Shown here: one piece after another, positions 47,601-60,265 of the stretch
Numbering within the stretch: position 1 is the stretch's first letter
How the letters are laid out: every line of letters begins with the position of its first letter
Assembly: GCA_002269645.1 (NCBI GenBank)
Contig: NIVC01000695.1
Location: forward strand, 62,001 to 126,000
DNA: 64,000 bases
Direction of reading: 5' to 3'
Source: Macrostomum lignano
Taxonomy: Eukaryota
Program-made: the position numbers and the translations under genes
Notes under the pieces: model-generated
Databases searched by the model: none
What the model was told of the DNA's origin: nothing
The model's input: only the letters and a program-made list of their open reading frames with translations

Positions 47601-50600
47601 GTAGGGGTGAAGCTTTGACTCATTCTACTAGTAGTTGAAAATTGAGATATAAACGACTTGGTTTGGCTGGGTCAGTTTTTGGGGTCATCGAAAATTCAAG
47701 TTAAGGTCATACAAGGTCAAGTGAAGTCATACTATCAATCGGTTTTTATATTGAGTAATATCGGGTCATATTAGGTCACATTGAGTCATATTGGGTTCCA
47801 TTAGGTCTCATTGGGTCATACTGAGTCACATTGGGCCATAATGAGTCACATCAGGTCATATTGAGTCACATAGGGTCATAATGAGTCATATCAGGTCATA
47901 TGAGTCACATGGGCCATATTGAGCCACCTTGGGTCATAATGAGTCAAGCTTCATCGCAACCTGTCACCTTAGTTCTTATTGCAGAATTAATACGTAGAAG
48001 AAAGCAGAAAATCAGCAACATATGCGAAACAAATCCAAATGGCAGCAGCCCTTGCGCAATCTCAGAAATCGAATAATCAATACTATAAGTTCGGTTCGCT
48101 AACATAACCAAACATTTTAGCAGCATGCTATCTATCAATTTGAAAGCCCTTAATCAACGTCGCACGCTGATTCAAAACTTATATAAAAAATGAATTGAAT
48201 TTTCTAAGTTAGATTCCAAGAAACCACTAGAAACAAACAAAAAATAATTAGCTGTGACATGAGAGTCATTTAAACAAAAGATTTACGGGATGTGGTCGCT
48301 GAACTAAGAAACCCCAGAGCTATTTTAGACATTAGAATGCACACGATGCTATTAATATGTACAAGGAAATGAATGCTATTTTTAGCAACTGGGTAGAAGC
48401 AAGGGAATTCCCAGTGAGTTATTATAGGCACAGTATGTACACTACGTACATTTACAGGATCCCAGCTTACGTTTAAAGAAATAGATGCTAATTTTAGCAA
48501 CTGGGTAGAAGCAAGGGAATTCCCAGTGAGTTATTATAGGCACAGTATGTACACTACGTACATTTACAGGATCCCAGCTTACGTTTAAAGAAATAGATGC
48601 TAATTTTAGCAACTGGGTAGAAGCAAGGGAATTCCCAGTGAGTTATTATAGGCACAGTATGTACACTACGTACATTTACAGGATCCCAGTTTACGTTTAA
48701 AGAAATAGATGCTATTTTTAGCAACAGCGTATAAGCAAGGGAATTCCCAGTGAGTTATTATAGACACAATATGTACACTACGTACATTTACAGGATCCCA
48801 GCTTACGTTTAAAGAAATGGATGCTATTCTTAGCAACAGGGTAGAAGTAGGCCGGGAATTCCCATGCCATAATAAGCAAACTCGCACTTGTAAATTGCTA
48901 TAATTTCCAATTGATCGAAAACTTAAAACAAATAAAAAACTTTATCTAGAATTAAAATTAACCTAACTAAATATTGAACCATATTGAACTATTTTTAGAT
49001 AAATAAATGTCAGATTCACAACAATTTATAAATGACAAATTCATGATGTCACTTAACTAATGATTGCAGGTTACGCTGTGAAAGCTTCATTACAAATAGA
49101 GCAACCAGTTGTCACTAAGCAGCAAAAAACATAAGCAATTGTTTGTTAATTAGCCAATGGCCAGTGTGAGCCAAATTTGATTGCAACGCAGTCAGAGACA
49201 AACCGAGAACCAAAACTAATGAAGTTAGGCATACTCACCCTTTACTACTGAAAGTAATAAACCAAAGATATATGCGGATTAAAATTTTGCATTAAGTAGA
49301 TTAGGACTAAGGTTTAATGACCGCACGAGGCTGACCAATATCGAATGCAGATACATCTACAACCGCTACTCCGCTCTCTCCCTCTCCCCCTACCGCAGTC
49401 TCCATCTTCCCCTACCGCTGTCTCCCTCTCTCCTACTGCTGTCTTCGCTCTCCCCCTACCGCTGCCTCCACTTTCCGCTCTTTCCTTCCCTTCTCCGCTC
49501 TCTCCTCCCCCTTTCCGCTCTCTCCTCCCCCTTTCCGCTCTCTCCTTCCCCTTTCCGCTCTCTCCTTCCCCTCTCCGCTCTCTCCTCCCCCTTTCCGCTC
49601 TCTCCTTCCCCTCTCCGCTCTCTCCTCCCCCTTTCCGCTCTCTCCTTCCCCTCTCCGCTCTCTCCTTCCCCTTTCCGCTCTCTCCTTCCCCTCTCCGCTC
49701 TCTCCTTCCCCTTTCCGCTCTCTCCTTCCCCTCTCCGCTCTCTCCTTCCCCTTTCCGCTCTCTACCCGATTCCTAACGCCCCAATCATCTATTTTATCGT
49801 ACTGAAACTAACATGGACAACATGAGATTTCAGGTGCGACAAAAACACACAGTGATCAAGCTCAGCTTAAGCTCCAATTTATAAAAAAGGCAATAAATAA
49901 ATGCACTAATAGAAAAATCACCGATTAAGACAGCCCCCATAAAATCAGCCCCCATAAAAATTGCCAACCTCTCAATATTTGGCGAGCTCCTGACGCTGCC
50001 ACTGGTCAGCCTGTTGAACACATTCCCCATGGAGGCTGGCTGGCCGGCCGCGTCCCGACTTCGCAGACTGCCGCTCCGACGGAAGTTCTGATCGACACCG
50101 CTAGCGGCGGCGGCGGCGGCGGCACTAGCCGCGGAAGCAGAAGACTGCTGCAGCACAGCAATGGACTCGGCGTCGGCTGAAGCATTGTCAACTTCCGGTA
50201 TGTCGGCGTGCTGTCTCGGTATGTAGAACGACGTTGTCATGCCGTCTTTGGAGGCTGGACGCGACATCAATAATTGCTGCTGCTGCTGCTGAAGCAGCAA
50301 CTGTTGCTGCACTCGCTGAGCTGCCGGGCCGGATGTCGGTGGCGCCGCCGCGGCTGCTGCGGGAAACTTCAAAGGCCGACCGCCGCCCGACGATGGTGTC
50401 GTCGGCTGCAAAGCCGAAGGCGGCGCCGCCGCGGCTGCGGCAGCCACCGGCAGCCGAAAGGATTTCGGCCGGGCCGCTGAGGATGAGGCATTTCCGGGGA
50501 CTCGAGCTCCGGCAACCGGCAGCAGGGCGCTCTCGCTGCTATTGTTGCGCAGGGCGCCGCCTGCTAGGGCGCCTTCGTCCATTGAGCGGCTCATGTCGAC

Positions 50601-50711
50601 GGCCGACTTCAGGCCGAGCAGCTCTTCGGCGGTGGCGGTCTTGCGCTTCTGTAGGTGGATGGCAGTGGCGTGGGGACTCGACTGGATTACTGGCGCTGGA
50701 CTGCTGGGAGC

Positions 50712-50750
<39 letters not shown>

Positions 50751-50810
50751 GGACAGGCAGACAGGCAGACAGACAGACAGACAGACAGACAGAAAGACAG
50801 ACAGACAGAA

Positions 50811-50873
<63 letters not shown>

Positions 50874-50910
50874 AAGACAGACAGACAGACAGACAGACAG
50901 AAAGACAGAA

Positions 50911-50949
<39 letters not shown>

Positions 50950-50950
50950 A

Positions 50951-50985
<35 letters not shown>

Positions 50986-51014
50986 AGGACAGACAGACAG
51001 ACAGACAGACAGAA

Positions 51015-51065
<51 letters not shown>

Positions 51066-51074
51066 AAGACAGAA

Positions 51075-51117
<43 letters not shown>

Positions 51118-51126
51118 AAGACAGAA

Positions 51127-51161
<35 letters not shown>

Positions 51162-51162
51162 A

Positions 51163-51213
<51 letters not shown>

Positions 51214-53274
51214 TAGACAGACAGACAGACTGACAGGGATATAAATGTAGTAAACAATAAATCAGGCAGTTCTACGCTACCAAAAACTCTGCTACCGGGG
51301 AAAGAAAAGTGCATTTTAAAAACGAGACAAAAATTTATAAGTAAAAGTACAATGGCAACACCTGTTTATGGATGTACTCAATATGTAAGTCGTTAAGAAA
51401 AGTATTTGTTTCAAAAAGCAAATCAAATTTAGCGAACTAATTCCCGTTATTTGACTAAATTGAATTGAGAAAACTATACAATGCCTAAGCTTATACACGT
51501 AATTAAGTTATGCATTTTATTACCATGCTAATCTTGTACTGAAACCACTAAAATACAAATAATATATTGATGACGGTCAATCGATCGATAGATAACAAAA
51601 GGGGTGCGGTACTGTAATGTTATAATAAATAAGGTTTGTGTGATTCAACAGAAAAAGCTGTTTTGTGCCATAAAGCATGCCTACGAGACTATCACCAGGA
51701 CAGAAGTAGCTCGTATTGATTTAATAGCTTCAAAATAAGTTATCACTAAATCCACGGATGCTGGGATCGCTAGAAATGTCACTCGCAATTACCGTAAAGC
51801 TGTGAAGAAAATAGAGCGTCTAATCTTTCTTCAGGAGTTTGTCTGTGCAGTGTCACTAATTTAATGTGGCAGCTAAAATTTCCTTTCAATTCCTCGGGCA
51901 TCAATAACGGACATTTATTTTAATGTACACAAGTGAACGCAAGACGGACGAAACTCAGGGGGGCAGGCCAAATCTATCTCAACCAATGAGAGAGAAGTAA
52001 GGAGAGAGAGATAAGAGTCAGACGGGCGAAACTCAGCCTAGGGGGGGGAGGCCCAATCTGGCTCAGCCAATGAGAGAGAAGTAAGAAGAGAGAGATAAGA
52101 GTCAGACGGGCGAAACTTAGCCTAGGGGGCAGGCCCAATCTGGCTCAGCCAATGAGAGGGCAGTGAGGAGAGAGGTCAAAGTCAGACACAAGCGGGCAAG
52201 AGGAAAGCCTAACTGTTTATCGGCCTGGCTGGGGGCTGGGGCGCCACCTCTTTTCTCCCTTTCTCGCTGTGCACACGCACTAAATTTGGTAGCTCTCATA
52301 TTTTGAGTTCCCATTGCAATCTTGGGTCTGCAACTAATTTCTTTTCAAATAATTCCGAGTCTAAGGCATTCTAAAACTCTGCTGTAGCTGCAAATCTTTA
52401 AATATTTAAATAAAAAAAATTTGACTTTAATATTGCAGACATAAAACGCTAATTTTGCTACTAAAAATTTTGCGAGTGGCATAATGGTATTTTCTTATTC
52501 TATAATACCTGTGTGGCTAAATCTACTACGGCAAGGTAACAAATGGAGGTAGGCAAATTTCAGCTTAAATTTGGGAATTCTTTACAGCCCATAACCAAGT
52601 TTGTTAATGCAGGACACAACGACTTATTAAACAAGTACGGTGTAAACAGTCTGTGAATAAAAAATGATAGGAAAGTTGAATTTACCGAATTAAGCATCTC
52701 CAGATGGAATTTCCTTATCTGGGAAAATCAATTATAATTTATTTATTATAGTCATTTTTCTATCATAATTCATTCGTCATTCACAGATCGGTAATTAACA
52801 TAATCTTGAGCCATTAACAGATCAGTCATTAACATAATTTAGAGTCATTTACAGATCGGTCATTAACATAATTTAGAGTCATTCATAGATCGGTCATTAA
52901 CATAATCTTGAGTCATTCACAGATCGTTCATTAACATAATTTCGAGTCATTCACAGATCGGTCATTAATACAATTTAGAGCTATTCACAGATCGGTAATT
53001 AACACAATTTCGAGTCATTCATAGATCGGTCATTAACATAATTTAGAGTCATTCAGAGATCGGTCATTGTCAATTAACACAATTTCGAGTCATTCATAGA
53101 TCGGTCATTAACACAATTTAGAGCCATTCACAGATTGGTCATTAACATAATTTAGTCATTCACAGATCGGTCATTTACATGATTTATAGTCATTCACAGA
53201 TCGGTCATTAACACAATAAAGACGCACCTGTCTCGGCCTCGAATCGATAGTAGCAGCGCCACCCAGGTTGAACA

Positions 53275-53309
<35 letters not shown>

Positions 53310-56300
53310 CGAGGTGCAACGGCTGGCTTTGAGCTACTCCCGCCACCACCAGCCTCGCCGTTCTCCAGCGAGTCAGCATCCTCGTTGTCATCATCCGCCG
53401 CCGCCGCCGCTCCTCCTCCTCCTCCTCCGGCGGCCTCGCCATCGACGTCGCCATCCTCGCCGTCGCCGCCGCCGACAACGCCAAAGAACAGGTCGTCAGC
53501 ATCAAGGCCGGGCACGGGAGCCTGCTTGAGTGCAATCTGAAGCATCTCCAGAGCCTGCTCGGTCTCTTTGGCTTTGGCCTCGGCGTTGGCCCGAGCGTCG
53601 CGCAGTTCCGTCTCGCGTTGCAGAGCTGACAGGCCGCGGTCCAGGGCCAGCTGGTAGAGCCGCTCCAGCAGGTATCTTAAGGAGACATTGTTTTAGGTTT
53701 GGGGATCTGTAATATTTGGCTGACAAGCAGTAATCGCTTGGCGTCAATGTGCTGCTGAATTTGAGCGATATTTTTTGGTCCAATCTACAGATACTAGAAT
53801 AAATAGATGGGCCACTCAGCACATTTGCGTGTAAACTACTTTCAGTTCAGTAGTAAGTTAAATTGAAGCATTTTAATGCATTTTTAAAGTCAAGGCTCAT
53901 CTATTGGCTCTTACCCCTCCCTCCCTTCAAACTTCAACCCCCCACAGAACCTCTACCCCCGGCCCTACCGCCCAATTTTTATTACCTTCCTCGGTTGTTC
54001 CAACCCGTCCCCGCCGCCCAATTTTTATTACCTTCCGCGGTTGTTCCACCCCGTCCCCGCCGCCCAATTTTTATTACCTTCCTCGGTTGTTCCACCCCGT
54101 CCCCGCCGCCCAATTTTTATTACCTTCCTCGGTTGTTCCAACCCGTCCCCGCCGCCCAATTTTTATTACCTTTCTGGGTTGTTCCACCCCGTCCCCGCCG
54201 CCCAATTTTTATTACCTTCCTCGGTTGTTCCACCCCGTCCCCGCCGCCCAATTTTTATTACCTTCCTCGGTTGTTCCAACCCGTCCCCGCCGCCCAATTT
54301 TTATTACCTTCCGCGGTTGTTCCACCCCGTCCCCGGCGCCCAATTTTTATTACCTTTCTCGGTTGTTCCAGCCTAAATCTGCCCTTGTACATTTCTATTA
54401 TATTCAGTGGCTGATGTACATTATAGCTGAACCAATTAGCAAGTTGTTTACGCCTGCAAGCTTTGGGGTCTAAACTTTTCAAAGCAATTTCAGATGCCTT
54501 TTTTATAAAATAGCTTATGTATTCTTCATTGCTACTGAACTGAAAGTAGAAAGCTGTTTTACTAAGGATATATGCTTAATGCTTGATATGTGCTTGTACT
54601 ATAAACACACCTGGCCTCCTGCAAGCTGGTCAACCGGCCAAACAGCGCAGACGATTCCGGCAGTCGCTGCTCCTCCAGTTCGATAATCGATCGCTGGCAC
54701 TCAGCGATATTGTCCTGAGCCAGCTCGGCCTGAGATCGGGCATTTCTCATCTGCTCCAGCAGCTGATCCCAGTCAGGCCCAGCAGTCTGACCAGCCCGTT
54801 CGAACCTGGCCCGCTTAGCATTGAGCTGGTCAAGGCGCCGGGCCAGTTTCTCCCTCTCGTGCACCCAGTTCTCCATGTCGGCAGCCAGATGGCCGACAGT
54901 CTGGCGTCGGCCTACAGTGGTGGACAGAGCTCGCTCGATGCTGTCCCAGCGGCCTTTCATCGCCCTGGCCGACAGCTGGTGCTGCTGACCGGCGGTCGAA
55001 GCGGCGGCTGCGGCGGCGCGACGACGGGTCGCAGCGAGGCCAGCTGGACCTGAGGCAGTCGCCGAGTTTGTCGCTGAAGCTGCCGCCGCTGTGGCTGACG
55101 AATTCGAGGTGCTCGGGGTGCCGGCCGACACTAGGCGAGTTGGACGACGTCGGAGTGACTGAACCTAAGAGAGTGACAATGATAGGAGTGACAATTATTG
55201 ACAATGATGAAATGGTAACAGAAATAGTAATGAATACAATAAGTTATAAAAAAAGTTATAATGACGAGTGACATTAATAGGGTAGCAATGGATGAGAGTG
55301 ACATTGAAAGGAGCGACAATGATAAGAGTGACAATCGGGGAGAGTGACATTTATAAGAGTGACATTGTTAAGAGTGACAATGATAAGAGTGACAATCGAT
55401 GACATTTACAATGAGTGAGAGTGACAATGAGTGAGAGTGACAATTAGTTAGTGACAAAAAAAGAGAGTGAAAATGAGTGAGAGTGAAAATGAGTAAGAGT
55501 GACAATGAGAGTGACAGTGACAATGAGTGAGAGTGCCAATGAGTGAGAGTGACAATGAGTGAGAGTGACAATGAGTGAGAGTGACAATGAGTGAGAGTGA
55601 CAATGAGTGAGAGTGACAATGAGTGAGAGTGACAGTGACAATGAGAGTGACAATGAGTGAGAGTGACAATGAGTGAGAGTGACAATTAGTGAGAGTGACA
55701 ATGAGTGAGAGTGACAATGAGAGTGACAATGAGTGAGAGTGATAATGAGTGAGAGGGACAATGAGTGTGACAATGAGTGAGAGTGACAATGAGAGTGACA
55801 ATGGGTGAGAGTGACAATGAGAGTGACAATGAGTGAGAGTGATAATGAGAGTGACAATGAGTGAGAGTGACAATGAGTGAGAGTGACAATGAGTGAGAGT
55901 GACAATGAGTGAGAGTGACAATGAGTGAGAGTGACAATGAGAGTGACAGTGACAATGAGAGTGACAATGAGTGAGAGTGACAATGAGTGAGAGTGACAAT
56001 GAGTGAGAGTGACAATGAGTGAGAGTGACAATGAGTGAGAGTGACAATGAGTGAGAGTGACAATGAGTGAGAGTGACAATGAGAGTGAAAATGAGTGAGA
56101 GTGAAAATGATTGAGAGTGACAATGATAGGAGTGACAATTATTGACAATGATGAAATGGTAACAGAAATAGTAATGAATACAATAAGTTATAAAAAAAGT
56201 TATAATGACGAGTGACATTAATAGGGTAGCAATGGATGAGAGTGACATTGAAAGGAGCGACAATGATAAGAGTGACAATCGGGGAGAGTGACATTTATAA

Positions 56301-58582
56301 GAGTGACATTGTTAAGAGTGACAATGATAAGAGTGACAATCGATGACATTTACAATGAGTGAGAGTGACAATGAGTGAGAGTGACAATTAGTTAGTGACA
56401 AAAAAAGAGAGTGAAAATGAGTGAGAGTGAAAATGAGTAAGAGTGACAATGAGTGAGAGTGAAAATGAGTGAGAGTGACAATGAGTGAGAGTGACAATGA
56501 GTGAGAGTGACAATGAGAGTGACAGTGACAATGAGAGTGACAATGAGTGAGAGTGACAGTGACAATGAGAGTGACAATGAGAGTGCCAATGAGTGAGAGT
56601 GACAATGAGTGAGAGTGACAATGAGTGAGAGTGACAATGAGTGAGAGTGACAATGAGTGAGAGTGACAATGAGTGAGAGTGACAATGAGTGAGAGTGACA
56701 ATGAGTGAGAGTGACAATTAGTGAGAGTGACAATGAGTGAGAGTGACAATGAGAGTGACAATGAGTGAGAGTGATAATGAGTGAGAGGGACAATGAGTGT
56801 GACAATGAGTGAGAGTGACAATGAGAGTGACAATGGGTGAGAGTGACAATGAGAGTGACAATGAGTGAGAGTGATAATGAGAGTGACAATGAGTGAGAGT
56901 GACAATGAGTGAGAGTGACAATGAGAGTGACAGTGACAATGAGAGTGACAATGAGTGAGAGTGACAATGAGTGAGAGTGACAATGAGTGAGAGTGACAAT
57001 GAGTGAGAGTGACAATGAGAGTGAAAATGAGTGAGAGTGAAAATGAGTGAGAGTGACAATGAGTGAGAGTGACAATGAGTGAGAGTGACAATGAGTGAGA
57101 GTGACAATGAGTGAGAGTGACAATGAGTGAGAGTGACAATGAGAGTGAAAATGAGTGAGAGTGAAAATGAGTGAGAGTGACAATGAGTGAGAGTGACAAT
57201 GAGTGAGAGTGACAATGAGTGAGAGTGACAATGAGTGAGAGTGACAATGAGTGAGAGTGACAATGAGTGAGAGTGACAATGAGTGAGAGTGACAATGAGA
57301 GTGAAAATGAGTGAGAGTGAAAATGAGTGAGAGTGACAATGAGTGAGAGTGACAATGAGTGAGAGTGGCAATGAGTGAGAGTGACAATGAGTGAGAGTGA
57401 CAATGAGCGAGTGAAAACGGCAGTCTCACCTCCTCCTGTTTCCTGCGCAGCACCTGTTCAGTCTGCTTGGCCCTCTCCTGCAGGCTGCGCACCTGACCTT
57501 CAGCCTGGCGCTTCTCCTTGCGCAGTTGATGCATCTCGCGCACGTGCCTCTGCTCGGCAGCTTGAGTCCGTTTAGATTCGTCGCGAAGTTTCTGCATTAG
57601 AGTCACTTTGGTTCGTTTGAGATCGTCTAGCTCGGAGTGCATCCGATGCAGCTCGGCCTCCTTCTTGGCCTGATTGGCCAGGAGCCGGTTGTGCTGGGCA
57701 GAGGCCTTCTTCAGCTTGCCCACCTCCTCCTGGCGGGGCAGTGGGTGAAATTGGCATTTACTTTTTGCTTTGTAATTAATACTTCACTCTTAAAGGTACA
57801 CTAATTAGATTACCTAAAATAATTATCTAACTAAGGCGAACTAAATCTAAGTAAATCCAACTTAATCCTTACTGAGTTTAAGTCTAAGGAAATCTAACTA
57901 AATTTAGCTAAATCTAACTAATTCTGACTTAATCTAACAAAATCCAACTAAATTCAACTAACTTTAACTAAATATAAATAAACTAAACTAAGTCAACCTA
58001 AACTAACTAAATCCTACTAATCCTAACTTAATATAACTAAATAAACCTAAATCAATCTAAATTTAACTAAACCAATCTAAATCTAACTAAATCCAACGAA
58101 ATCCAACCAATTCTAACTAAAGATAACTAAATCTAACTAATAAATCCTACTAATTCTAACCAAACATATATAACTCAAACTAAATCCAGCTAAATACTAA
58201 CTCTAACAAAATCTAATTATACATTAAAAGTGACATATCAAGTATCGAACTGAAAATAGGCAAAATAGGCCTTCAAAACAATGGCATCGCACCTGCAGAC
58301 TCTGCAGCTTATTCTGATACTCCTGCTGCACCCGGCGCACTTTCTCTTCGCCGCTGGATTCAAGCAGCTCTAAATTTTGCAACACCCGATCTCGCTCAGC
58401 TTCGGTCTCTTTAATTCTGGCCTGCAAGTTTAGCAGCTGCTTCTCATAGTGATCTCGGACAGCTCGCAGCTGACGCTGTTTAGTCTCGATCTCCGTGATG
58501 AGGCGCTGCTTCTGTGAGATCTCCCGCTGAAGGTCGGCCAGGGAAGCATCGAGGTAGCTGCCGTTCTGCTCCGTCTCGTTCT
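44619..58582 (-). CDS. KIF21: Kinesin-4 family KIF21 (stalk coiled coils plus C-terminal WD40 repeats); motor-domain exons absent from the window
   Basis: Phase-consistent exons 58582-58293, 57729-57430, 55164-54611, 53675-53228, about 50648-49969, 47557-47338, 46759-46420, 45754-45328, 44715-44619. Motifs resembling KIF21A: ERDRVLQNL..EEKVRRV, KRTKVTLM..VLRRKQEEV, EARYLL, AEGHTKPVL..LTGSKDRT, PPHYDGIEAL, SAHKDWV. Confidence 0.93.
44880..45290. repeat. Degenerate AT-rich repeat (AAAAGTACACATGTACTAT-like) in the last KIF21 intron
   Basis: Recurrent gtacacatgtac/aaaagt motifs. Confidence 0.75.
45890..46375. repeat. 20-bp minisatellite (CTCCCTACTCTACCATCTAG), intronic
   Basis: Period 20 read directly. 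Confidence 0.95.
46790..47310. repeat. 32-35-bp minisatellite (ATAGTTTATCTCATGGGTGAGATTTTGATGATTCC), intronic
   Basis: About 15 units filling the intron 46760-47337. Confidence 0.97.
47700..47945. repeat. About 20-bp degenerate repeat (GGGTCATATTGAGTCACAT), intronic
   Basis: Recurrent ggtcat/gagtca motifs. Confidence 0.8.
48310..48860. repeat. 112-bp tandem repeat, about 5 units, intronic
   Basis: GGGTAGAAGC anchor at 48391, 48503, 48615 (variants at about 48727 and 48839). Confidence 0.95.
49370..49765. repeat. 20-bp pyrimidine minisatellite (CTCTCCTTCCCCTTTCCGCT), intronic
   Basis: Period 20 read directly. Confidence 0.93.
50716..51232. repeat. (AGAC)n microsatellite with AGAA variants, intronic
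   Basis: About 129 tetramer units. Confidence 0.98.
51940..52190. repeat. About 80-bp repeat x3 containing CCAAT and GGGCG motifs, intronic
   Basis: GACGGRCGAAACT anchor at 51943, 52021, 52105. Confidence 0.85.
52770..53215. repeat. 34-bp minisatellite (CATTCACAGATCGGTCATTAACATAATTTAGAGT), intronic
   Basis: About 12 units ending next to the donor at 53227. Confidence 0.95.
53960..54365. repeat. 46-bp minisatellite (CCCGTCCCCGCCGCCCAATTTTTATTACCTTCCTCGGTTGTTCCA..), intronic
   Basis: Period 46 (54001 to 54047), about 9 units. Confidence 0.96.
55165..57420. repeat. GAGTGACAAT(GAGTGA) 10/16-bp compound satellite with a higher-order duplicated block, filling a whole KIF21 intron
   Basis: Runs from the acceptor AG (55165-66) to about 10 nt from the donor (57429). 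The non-periodic block 55170-55500 recurs at about 56115-56450. Confidence 0.97.
57790..58215. repeat. Degenerate AACTAAATCT repeat, intronic
   Basis: Recurrent ctaactaaat motifs. Confidence 0.85.
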
Positions 58583-58669
58583 CTGTAGGATTTGGGTTTC
58601 CGTTTTGGGGATAGGCGGTTGTTTCTTGTCTTTGATGGTTGAATTGCTGCTCAAGGTGGGTACATTGTT

Positions 58670-59560
58670 GCTCATGATGGGTAGGTTTCTGTTCATGATG
58701 GGTAGGTTTCTGTTCATGATGGGTAGGTTTCTGTTCATGATGGGAAGTTTTATGTTCATGATGGGTAGGTTTCTGTTCATGATGGGTAGGTTTCTGTTCA
58801 TGATGGGTAGGTTTCTGTTCATGATGGGAAGTTTTATGTTCATGATGGGTAGGTTTCTGTTCATGATTGGTAGGTTTCTGTTCATGATGGGTAGGTTTCT
58901 GTTCATGATGGGTAGGTTTTATTTCCTGATGGGTAGGTTTCTGTTCATGATGGGTAGGTTTCTGTTCATGATGGGTAGATTTCTGTTCATGATGGGAAGT
59001 TTTATGTTCATGATGGGTAGGTTTCTGTTCATGATTGGTAGGTTTCTGTTCATGATGGGTAGGTTTCTGTTCATGATGGGTAGGTTTTATTTCCTGATGG
59101 GTAGGTTTCTGTTCATGATGGGTAGGTTTCTGTTCATGATGGGTAGATTTCTGTTCATGATGGGTAGATTTCTGTTCATGATGGTTAGATTCTGTTCATG
59201 ATGGGTAGATTTCTGTTCATGATGGTTAGATTCTGTTCATGATGGGTAGATTTCTGTTCATGATGGGCAGATTTCTGTTCATGATGGGTAGATTTCTGTT
59301 CATGATGGGTAGGTTTCTGTTCATGATGGGTAGATTTCTGTTCATGATGGTTAGATTCTGTTCATGATGGGTAGATTTCTGTTCATGATGGGCAGGTTTC
59401 TGTTCATGATGGGTAGGTTTCTGTTCATGATGGGTAGATTTCTGTTCATGATGGGCAGACTGTTGTACATGATGGGTAGATTTCTGTTCATGATGGGTAG
59501 ATTGTGTACATGATGGGTAGATTTTTTTCATGATGGCAGATGGTTACGCATGAAAGGTAG
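58670..59560. repeat. 21-bp minisatellite (CATGATGGGTAGGTTTCTGTT), about 42 units
   Basis: Period 21 read directly; source of spurious MNRNLPI/MMGRFLF ORFs. Confidence 0.98.
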
Positions 59561-60265
59561 ATTGTTGTCTATGAATGAATGATGGAGAGATTATTTAGAT
59601 TGTTATCTAGAATCTACCAAATAGATAGACTGTTGATTATGAAGAAAAATATTTTTGGTGAGCATAGGAGCCGTATTATTGCAACTCTTAATCAAATTAA
59701 ACTGCTGTTCAATTACATGCACACAAGTTGTTGCTTGTAGTCATGGTGATCAGGCAGCATATATGAGAACGGTTCTATTCAATGCGTACGAACTATTTCT
59801 TTCGGCACAATAAAACGCCATACTTATCAGTTGCACATAGTGAAGTTCGCATTAGTAGGGTACACGAGTTAATCAGCTTTATTTATTCTTTAAAGTTTCA
59901 CTACTTTAAGTAGTTTAAAAACTTAAGATAAATTAAAAAAAGTTTACTAAATCGTTTTTTAGAGTTAACTTGTTACCGAAATACCTTCATCCACGTATTG
60001 AATTAGGAAATCAATTTTAACCAATTAATGAAATTCCGAATTGAAAAGTGATCTACTGAATCTTTTTCAGAATGGAGAAGTAACTCTATTACGATATGTA
60101 TCGATAATAACTTTATACACTAAGAATAGACGCAATTGGAATTTGAGAAGAAAACTTGGAATTAGACAGTTATTAAGGAAGCTACCAATGGAAACCCATG
60201 CACCACAGCGTAGTGTCAGTGTCAATCAATAGTGAAATTCAAGATTGATTTTTTCCATCAATCGA

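Noticed and set aside
49830-51314. 494-aa ORF with an SVCL-repeat N-terminus
   Set aside because: The N-terminal part is the (TCTG)n intron repeat; only about 50648-49969 is a KIF21 exon
55368-57723. His/Ser/Leu-rich ORFs up to 443 aa
   Set aside because: Read-through from a KIF21 exon donor (57429) into the intronic satellite
58430-59531. MNRNLPI / MMGRFLF repeat proteins
   Set aside because: Translations of the 21-bp minisatellite; the real KIF21 exon is in another frame
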